This document shows, one piece after another, positions 55,405 to 64,000 of a DNA stretch of 64,000 nucleotides. The stretch is from Vitrella brassicaformis CCMP3155 (taxonomy: Eukaryota > Protista > Chromerida): positions 61,192 through 125,191 of the forward strand of contig CDMY01000315.1 in the NCBI GenBank assembly GCA_001179505.1. The letters run 5' to 3'. Position 1 is the first letter of the stretch; each line of letters opens with the position of its first letter. The notes under the pieces are model-generated. The model was not told the origin of the DNA. It made no database searches and saw nothing but the letters and a program-made list of their open reading frames with translations. Position numbers and translations under genes: made by a program.

Positions 55405-56072
55405 CACACTGATCTGCCTGGCTGAGAGAGAGAGAGAGAGTTTTGGTTTTCCTCGTGTGTGTCCTCCCCTCTCTCTCTGTGGGCATCTTTGATGCCGGCT
55501 GGTAACTGGAGAGCGTCAGCCCATGAAGGGTGTTGGTGCTTTAGGGTTGCCGGGCGGTGACAGAGATGCGCACAGAGGGGCGGGCGAGGGAATGAATGGA
55601 CACACACACACACAGAGGAATGCATTTATCTGTCTGTATGTTATCTTTACTGATTCATGTGAGGCTTTCCATTTCACTACTCGATCCGCACACACACACA
55701 TTAATGAGTGGGTGCCTGTCTGTCTGTCTGTGTGCATTATTCGCACGTACGCCTCCTTTTGTGGCCCGTTGACCGACACAGGCGTGTGTGTGTCGTGCCT
55801 GCGTGTGTCGGTGTGCTGACTGTTGCCTCCTGAGTGGTCAGCACACACATTGAGTGTTGATCATCGCTCGCTGTGTGCGGTGGCCATCGAGCGGCTGACG
55901 GACAGACACACACACACACTTAAGTGCTTTTGGCGTGTTGACTTGTTCGACATCATGCCTTGGGTGCATAGCTGCACGCTGACGGTGTTGTTTCCTTACT
56001 GCATGCTGCCGCCATGATGGCTGTGCTGTGTATACGTATCTTTCTTTCACGTCACTCGCTGTCTGTTTGACA
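55405..56072. repeat. Near-identical direct duplicate of 52713-53380
   Basis: Constant offset of 2692 bp and identical ORF translations in both copies; each copy abuts a gap. Confidence 0.9.
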
Positions 56073-57139
56073 CATACAGGTCTGTATGTGTATATATGCA
56101 TCTCGGTGTCATTGTTGACGGACGTGACTGGCTGAATTGTTGACAATGTCAGCTTGACCGACATTTATTCAGATGAACCAGGAGACGCCTTTACAGGAAA
56201 CTCCCGCACATGAGGGAGATGGGATTGCAATTGAGACGCTTGTTTGATGCTGCCTGCCTGCGTGTGTCGGTGTGCTGGCTGTCTCCCAGGCCATGGCCAC
56301 GTCACACAGTGAGTGTCCATCGTCACTCTGTGTGTGTGGTGGCCGTCGAGCGGCTGACAGACACACACGCGCACACACAAAGGAGTGGCCAGGCCACTCG
56401 TCGGTGTGCAGACTATACCATTGCCGGCCAGGTGATTGATGACAGTCAATGCGCTCACCTGACTGACGCCCACAATTTGGCCCATCGGCCCGTCCAGCGG
56501 CGCCATAGCTAAGGCGGCCCTACTGCACTGCATCGGTCTCACATCAGTGCCTAAGCCGATCGCCGGCTGAGAAATGGCCAATGACAGACAGAGGAAAGAT
56601 GTCATGTGGGTCTGTGTGTGAGTGAGAGAGATAGAGAGACATCCAATGGTTGTCTGTCTCTGTGATCTGCTCGGCTGGCAGTGTGTGTGGCCGTCGTGGG
56701 GTTGTTTGGGTTCGTTTGGGTCTGTCTGTGTTGACTGTTTCTGTCGGTCTGTGTGTGCGGGGCATACGGACGGAGAGGGAGTCAGAGAGTGTGGCGGGGC
56801 CATCAGATTGACATACACACACAGAGATCAACACGACAGATGCAGCTTGAGGTGCATTGAGTCGATCACATCAGTGAGTCAGTCTCTTTGGGCCTCAGAA
56901 GCGATGGAAGGGATACATAGGAAGCTGATCACACAGACAGCTCGGGCGGCATACAAACACACACATCCAGAGAGCCCTCCTGTCCATGGGAATTTCTGTG
57001 CAGCGTTGGATGGGGAGAAGAGAGCAATCACATGACAGCCACCTCACACACAGACACATCCTTCCCCCTCCCTCTGTCACTGACCTGCCGCCCTCATGCC
57101 CCGCCCACGTCGAGAAGCGGATGCACCCCACACGGACAC

Positions 57140-58464
57140 TCACTGCCCGCCCACGTGCAGCACCTCTATCTCAAAGGCAAGGAACTCATACGACCCGCCC
57201 AGCATAGCACTGCCATAGCTATCTTGATAGCTATTGCTCGCCCCCACATAGCCCGCAGGCACATCGCGGCTGTGGGTGAGCTGTGCACAGCTGCGGATGT
57301 CGGCAGCCGGCCGGTCACTGCCACGGCCGTCACCCAAATACAGACCCCCACCGATGAACACATACGCACCATACACACTCCCCTCCCTCCCCGCCACCGC
57401 CACATACTGCTCCCTTCCGGGGATGTCGATCTTGGTCGGCTGTTCAAAGTGGCCGGCCAGCGAGAACCACCATACGTCACAGCCGTATTTGTACCACTTG
57501 GTGTCAGTCGGGTCGTCGGGCAGTCGGATGCCGGCAGTGATGAAGGCGCCGAAGACGCATTGGTCCTTTCGGATGATGAACACCAGGCCCCTCTTGTCGC
57601 CCACACACCGCAGCATATCGTCGTAGGCCGAGCCGTCACGCAACGACCTGATGGACACACACACTCATCAGAAGGCCATGTGTCTGTGTGAGTGTACCTG
57701 TGGATGAGTGTGAGTGACGTGTGGCCGCCCAGCCACTTGGCGATGTGCGCCACATACGACAGGCCGACGGAGCTGCCAATGGGCCAGCAGGGACGGGCAG
57801 CGACAAATGACACACCCCGAGGGCCATGCGCCCACGCGAAGGCGGCCCTACACACACATGGGGAGCACACAGCTGTGTATCATCTCTCTCTCTCTCTCTC
57901 TGTGTGTGTGTCTGTGTGTGTCTGTGTGTTTACCTGCAGACGGGGCAGATGTCGCCGGGGTGTCCGTATCTAATGCGCTGCACCACACACTGAAGGAGAG
58001 AGAGGACACACTGATGAGTGAGTGAATGGCTCCACCGCCGTCCATCGCCACACTCACACACAGAGATCGTCCTGGATGCTCACCCCTGCACACACCGAAT
58101 GGCCTGAAGGGACACAGAGGGCACACCACCTCACCAAATGCCTTAGCCTGTGCGTCAAATGGTGTGCTGCTCACCGTCCACTCTGAGTACGCTGCCACTG
58201 TTGTCCTTCCCACATCGGCCGCTGCACTTGGCCGACACTGTTGTCGATGGCGATGCTCCGCCGGGGATGCCGTACTTGCGATTGTTGATGCATGGCCAGT
58301 GGAACTGGTGACCTACACCGCACACACACACAGATAAAACATGCCTTCATTGGCTGGCTGGATGGATGGATGTGGTGGCTCACTGACTGACCGCATGGCG
58401 CCTTGTTGGCCGACGATGAGCTACCACCAGCGGCAGCAGCAGCGGCAGATGAGGAGGCCGCCAT
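57140..58464 (-). CDS. Atypical RING + TLDc protein, paralogue C, intact (314 aa, 6 exons)
   Basis: Exons 58464-58392, 58312-58175, 58103-58084, 57989-57934, 57847-57698 and 57647-57140 total 945 nt, all GT-AG and in frame. TLDc motifs HRSLRDG, CVFGAFI and GGSYEFLAFEIEVL. Confidence 0.82.
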
Positions 58465-59242
58465 CAACGAACCAACACGGCTGCAGTGACTGATGAGCCG
58501 ACAACACACAGAGAGAGAGATGCTCACAGACAAAGAAGGTCAACGCATTGAGGTGACTGAATGGGTCAGTGAGTGTGTGGCTTCCAAATCACCTCTGCTG
58601 TGTGTCAGCTCAGCGGCCCGCCATCCCACCACATCAGTCGACAGGGCGGCGGTGTGACGGATGACTCCACTGATTCGCTAAGCCGCTCTCTCGGCCGAAT
58701 GCGCCACACTCGCAATGCACAGCTGTCCGAAAGGCACAGACGGCCGCCACAACTGCTAGCAGGGTTCAGGGTTTAAACCCTACCCTGTCACCCTCTTCAG
58801 CGCCCTGCCCCACCCCGGGTCTGCCAATTGGCTCCTTGTCAGCCTTACTGACGGCCCACTGCACGAGATCTGTCAGCTGTCCCCTCGGCACACAGGCGGC
58901 TGCTGGCGGCACACACAGGTGCGTAATCAAGGCGGACGTCATGCACACGGCGGGCGCGTGACACGCCGAAATGATGCGTGTGCTGTCTGGACGGTTGGTG
59001 CCTGGATCTGTGTGTGGTGTGCTGCAGACGTCGTGTGGTGTGTGAGGTGCAGCGGTGTGACAAAGGAGTGAGGGCACTCCAACAACTGGTCCGCAGAGAC
59101 AGATGGACACACAGCGGGACAGGCGGGACTCACACGCACAGATGTCTCCTCTCTCTGTGTGGCGTGTGTCATCTGAGCGGATGCAGGTGGCTGACGGCGA
59201 TGATGTGTGCTGAAGGGCAGAGATCGACACATGCCCCCTTCC

Positions 59243-59798
59243 TCACCTGCTATTCCCCATCACGTGAAGCACCTCTATCTCATCCGCATGGAAATACTTC
59301 GACCCGCCCAGCAGAGCATCGTCGTCGCTGTCTCTCACCCCCATGTAGCCCGCAGGCACATCGCGGCTGTAGGTGTACTGATAGCAGCTGCGGATGTCGG
59401 CAGCGGGCCGGCCACTGACACCCAGCCACAGATTGTCACTGTTCTCGTCGTCACCCAACACCAGATACCCACCGATGTACATATTCGCACCATACCAACT
59501 CCCCTCCCTCCCCGCCACTATCACATGCTGCACCAGTCGGGGGATGTCGATCTTGGTCGGCTGTTCAAAGTGGCCGGCCAGCGAGAACCACCACAAATCA
59601 AAATCACAGTCGTAGTGGTGCACGCCGGTGGGGTCGTCGGGCAGCTCCAGACCACAATTGCTGAAGGCGCCGAAGACGTACTTGTCCTTTCTGATGACAA
59701 ACACGAGAGGCTCTGCGTCGCCCACACTGTCCAGCAGGTCATCGTAAATGGTGCCATGCACAGACGACCTACGCCACACACACACACACACACACAGA

Positions 59799-59832
<34 letters not shown>

Positions 59833-60265
59833 ATTGCATACCGGTATACTGAGGTGAGTTCTGTTCTGTCATTGCCCATGAGGTCGAGCAGCCCCTCATA
59901 CTCTGCCACAGACAGCGACGTGCCCTCAGGCAGGGACACCTCCACTCGACGCAAATGGAAGAAATAGACACACAAGGCAGCCGCCGACACCACCAAGCTG
60001 ACAGTCACCATCAGCAGCGCAGCACACCTGCAATGCCGTGTCATCGCGTGGACGAAAGAAAGCCTTTCTCGTCAGTCCAGCCACAGGCAGCCCAGCCTGA
60101 TGAATAAGACAGCAGTGAGTGAGACCGCTGGGTGAGCACACCATTAGGGAAAGAGAGATCAGAGAGACTCTCTCCCTCTCCGGGCTCATCGCTCGGGTAT
60201 TGCAGATCTCTCCACTCAGACTTCTTGTAAAGCTCTCCCCATTGACGCTCCCGCCGACTCGCCAT
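59243..60265 (-). CDS. TLDc protein, paralogue D, without a recognisable RING; 5' structure uncertain
   Basis: VSLPEGTSLSVAEYEGLLDLMGNDRTELTSVYR|SSVHGTIYDDLL...YVFGAFS...GGSKYFHADEIEVLHV, stop at 59243. Candidate starts are ATG 60265 (MASRRERQW) or ATG 60044. Confidence 0.7.
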
Positions 60266-63200
60266 CTTTGTGCGCGGACCGCACTGTTGGAGGTGCGAGC
60301 TGGAGGAACAAGCTTTTCCTCTCTCAGCCCTCCATTCTCTCACTGGATGGCCCTTTGGGCTCTCACTGGACAATCTCTGCACCGAAATGGCCAAACGAAT
60401 GTGTCAGCTTTGAGAAAAAGAGCAATTCGATCGTCACTCGATCACCGACTTTGGCAAATTCGTTTTCTTATTTCATCACATTGACCGCTCCGCAGTGAGA
60501 CCATTGACACGACAAAAGAGACAAACAGGCGAAGAGAATGCGGCAAAGGCTGGGGGTCTGGCGGGGGCCTTTCATGCGAGCCCAGCTCGTGGGGTTCAGG
60601 GTTTCAAACCCTACCCTTGACCCCTCAAACCCTCTGGCCGCCCTGCCCCGCCCCTTGTCGGGCCCGTTGAGCCCTCCGTGACGGCCCACTGCACGAGATC
60701 TGTCATCTGCCCTCACCCCTCCCTCTCTCCCTCCCTCCCTCCCTCGGTTCTCTGTTCTCTGTTCTCGTGCGCTGGCACACCGACACACACGGGGCGACCG
60801 ATGCACATGACGGGTGAGTGACACGCCGAGGTGATGCATGGCGCTGTGATGACGGGTGGTGGTGGTGGTCATCTGTCTGTGTGTGTGGTGGGCTGCAGAT
60901 GTCGTGTGGCGGGGCGGGGTGGCGGTGCCTGGCGACAACACTGCACTCGACCAACTGGTACGCCGAGAGAGATGGGCACACACACAGATTGGGACACAGG
61001 CAGGACTCACACACACAGATGTCTGTCTGTCTGTGTGTCCTCAGTGTGTGGCTGTCTGAGTGGCTCTCTGATGGCTTCGACGCGCTGATGGCGATGATAT
61101 GTGCTGAAGGGAGAGAGATCGGCCGATGAGCCGACGGACGGGCTGCCTGAACTGAACTGAGTCTCTCACTCTGTCGCCTTTTGGTCGTATGTGCGTCGAT
61201 CTCACTGTGTTGTGTTGTGGGGCTTTGTGTGTCGGTCGGTCTGGCTGCCATTGTCATGTCTTCATCTCCCGTCACTTGTCAGCCGTCTGCTGCCGTGAGT
61301 GTGTCGGCCGATGAGTGGGGGGCGGGGGAGAGATGACAGACAGACAGAGAGGGAGGATTGGCTGGCTGGCTGCACAAAGGAATCGCTGTGTGGGGTGGCG
61401 GTGGCCGTCTGTCTGTGGGACGGGCATGTTTAACGGCTGCTCGCGAGAGTGTGTTGATCTCTCGTCGATGCATCCGTCACACACGGCCGGCTCACAGACA
61501 GACAGACAGACCGACACACACACACAGATAGCCTGCCTGAGAGAGAGAGACCTCGTTTGTGTGTCCTCTCCCTCTGTGTGGCACCTTGCCCATCGTCCTT
61601 CAACGCCAGAGCGTCAGCCCACGAAGGGTGTTGGCGCTTTAGGGTTGCCGGGCGGTGACAGAGATGCACACAGAGGGGCGGGGGAGGGGACGGACACACA
61701 GAGAGAGAGAGAGCGATATGTTCATCTGTTTGTGTGTCTGTGAGTCCATTTTTCCGTGGTCCAGTATTGTGTTTTGCCTTACTGTGTGAGTGACGGAGAT
61801 GCTTATTCGGTGCTGCATGCGGGTGTCGGTGTGCTGGCTGTTAAGAACACCATGGCCATCTCACACAGTGAGTGATGATCATTGCTCTGTGTGTGATGGC
61901 CATCGAGCGGCTGACAGACACACAAAGGACGGGAAAGGAACAACGAGCTGCTTTCTGCGTATTCGACCTGGGTAACCGGCAGCGGCTGATATTTTGTTGC
62001 TTGGGTGGGTGGATTCCCTCTGTCTGTCTGTCTGTCTGTGTGGTATGAGAATACACTCACTCAGTGCTGATGGTTTGTGTGACACTCACATACCTCAGTC
62101 TCTTGAGTGCTGCTTGTGGGTGGGGCTTCTGATTGACTGAGTGGCTGACATGTCCGCTGCATTGGGGAGCGCTGAGTGGTGTGGGCAGTGAGCAGACAGA
62201 CAATCAGATGAGACTCACACAGACAGATATGTGTGTCCTCCCCTCTCTCTCTGTGGCATCTTCATCATCGTCGGGTGACGGCAGAGCGTCAGCCCACGAA
62301 GGGTGTTGGTGCTTTGGGGTTGCCGGGCGGCGACAGAGATGCGCACAGAGGGGCGGGCGAGGAAATGGACACACACACACACATACAGAGAGAGAGAGAG
62401 AGAGATCTGTTTTATCTGTCTGCCTGCCTGTCTGCGTCTGAGTCGTTGATATGCACACACACACAATGGATGTGCGCCTTTCTTTCTACTCTGTGTATGG
62501 GATGTGTGCCCGACGCGTCGGTGAGTGTCTGGACGGCGGGGAGGGAGCGAGAGGGACAGAGATGGGTCTGTTTGGTTCTTTGGTGCGGCGGCCTGCGTGT
62601 GTCGTTGTGCTGGCTATTGTCTCCTGCCATCCGTCTGTCTGTGTGTCGTACTTGTACACACACCCACTCGTGTTGACGGATTGACGCGATCTGCGTGGGA
62701 ACGAGAGAGAGATATGGGACGGGCCGCTTTGCCGTCCGTCATGATGTCATACTACGTGTTGGTGCTTGGTTCTTCTTCGGTGGTGCATGCTGCCTGCGTG
62801 TGTTGGTGTCCTGTCCTCTTTGGTCATCTAACACAGTGATGATCGACACTCTCTGTGTGTGGTGGCCATCGAGCGGCCGACAGACAGACACACAAAGTGA
62901 AGCATTCATTCCATCGGCTGACTGTCGCCAGCTGTCTTTTGTCTGTGTCGTGTGGCTGGTTTATCTGGCTGCCTGAGAGTTTTCGGTTTTTCGCCCCGTG
63001 TCCTTCCACACCCCCCCTCTCTCTGTGGGCATCTCAGAAACTCTCCGGCAACCTGAGAGCGTCAGCCCACGAAGGGTGTTGGTGCTTTAGGGTTGCCGGG
63101 CAGTGACAGAGATGCCCACAGAGGGGTGGGCGAGGGAATGAAGATGCGCTGCTGTGATGATCCCATGTCGATAAACACACACTGACACCCGCGGATGGAG

Positions 63201-64000
63201 CTATGTGCGCATCACACTGCATGTCCTTTGTGTGCCTCTCTGTCTCTCTATTGCTGCTGATGTGTATGTGTGTGTGGGAAGGAGAGAGAGAGATGGGATT
63301 GAGATGCTTGCTTGATGCTGCCTGCGTGTGTCGGTGTGCTGACTGTGAGTGGCGTGGTGGTCAACTTACACAGTCAGTGATGATCATCGCTCTCTGTGTG
63401 GTGGCCGTCGAGCGGCTGACATACACAGACAAACACACAAAGGGAAAGGAACCGCGAGCTGCCCTCTCTAAGCCGTTCTCTCGGCCGAATGCGCCACACT
63501 CACAACGCACAGCTGTCCGAAAGGCACACGCCGCCATAACTCAGCTCGTAGGGTTAAGGGTTTGAAACCCTATAGCCCCTCAAACCCTCTGGCTGTGCCG
63601 CCCTGTTGTCGCCCTGCCCCACCACGGGTCTGCCAATTGGCTCCTTGTCAGCCTTACTCACGGCCCTGCACGAGATCTGTCAGCTGTCCTCTCTCTGTCG
63701 GCACACAGGCGGCTGTTGGCGGCTGCTGGCGGCACAGGTGGACGTCATGCACACGACGGCCGCGTCACACGCCGAAATGATGCATGTGCTGTCTGGACGG
63801 TTGGTGCCTGGATCTGTGTGTGGTGTGCTGCAGACGTCGTGCGGTGTGTGAGGTGCAGCGGTGTGACGAAGGAGTGAGGACACTCCAACAACTGGTACGC
63901 AGAGACAGATGGGCACACAGCGGGACAGGCGGGACTCACACGCACAGATGTCTCCTCTCTCTGTGTGGCGTGTGTCATCTGAGCGGATGCAGGTGGCTGA

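Larger units (their letters stand above)
44900..64000. repeat. Mosaic of dispersed non-coding repeat modules between the TLDc paralogues
   Basis: An ~80-bp core GAGCGTCAGCCC...GGGCGAGGG starts at 46129, 47155, 48472, 52819, 54402, 55511, 61609, 62284 and 63057. A module starting GATGCAGGTGGCTGACGGCGATGATG occurs near 45586, 52260, 53832, 59179, 61085 and 63986. The 3' flanks of copies B and C (~49200-50090 and ~56250-57140) are homologous. Confidence 0.85.

Noticed and set aside
46129-63140. CRISPR-like array from the recurring ~80-bp core
   Set aside because: Repeats are too long, spaced irregularly by 0.7-6 kb, and the spacers are themselves homologous; no cas genes; eukaryotic context.
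45161-63588. True telomere or chromosome-fusion scar
   Set aside because: Only 2-4 repeat units per site, and all five sites lie in homologous duplicated context, so they derive from one ancestral motif rather than from chromosome ends.
44900-64000. Autonomous transposon or retroelement driving the repeats
   Set aside because: No transposase, reverse transcriptase, integrase or Rep/helicase motifs were seen in any frame.

Overview
Eukaryotic nuclear DNA: GC-rich, very intron-dense (short GT-AG introns plus a few GC-AG) and full of (CA)n/(GT)n, (GACA)n and (GATG)n microsatellites. By style and gene families it is most likely a chromerid alveolate such as Vitrella; this is an inference, no database search was run. 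Most ORFs in the supplied track are microsatellite or antisense artefacts, so genes were rebuilt exon by exon by hand. The left ~40 kb is housekeeping-like: an unassigned partial gene, an SLC35A-type nucleotide-sugar transporter, an organelle-targeted proteobacterial-type alanyl-tRNA synthetase, a GT47/exostosin glycosyltransferase head-to-head with a small secreted protein, an Unkempt-like CCCH zinc-finger protein, an alanine-glyoxylate aminotransferase, a small unknown protein and a long coiled-coil protein. The right ~26 kb is an accessory, duplication-rich region: a BTB-like gene, a broken F-box-like gene and four tandem TLDc-domain genes. Three of the four carry an N-terminal RING finger (one intact, two apparently disrupted), and each copy is preceded by a conserved module containing a palindromic telomere-type box. 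The spacers are a mosaic of short non-coding repeats, and there are two 300-N assembly gaps. No rRNA, tRNA, CRISPR array or autonomous transposon was recognised.
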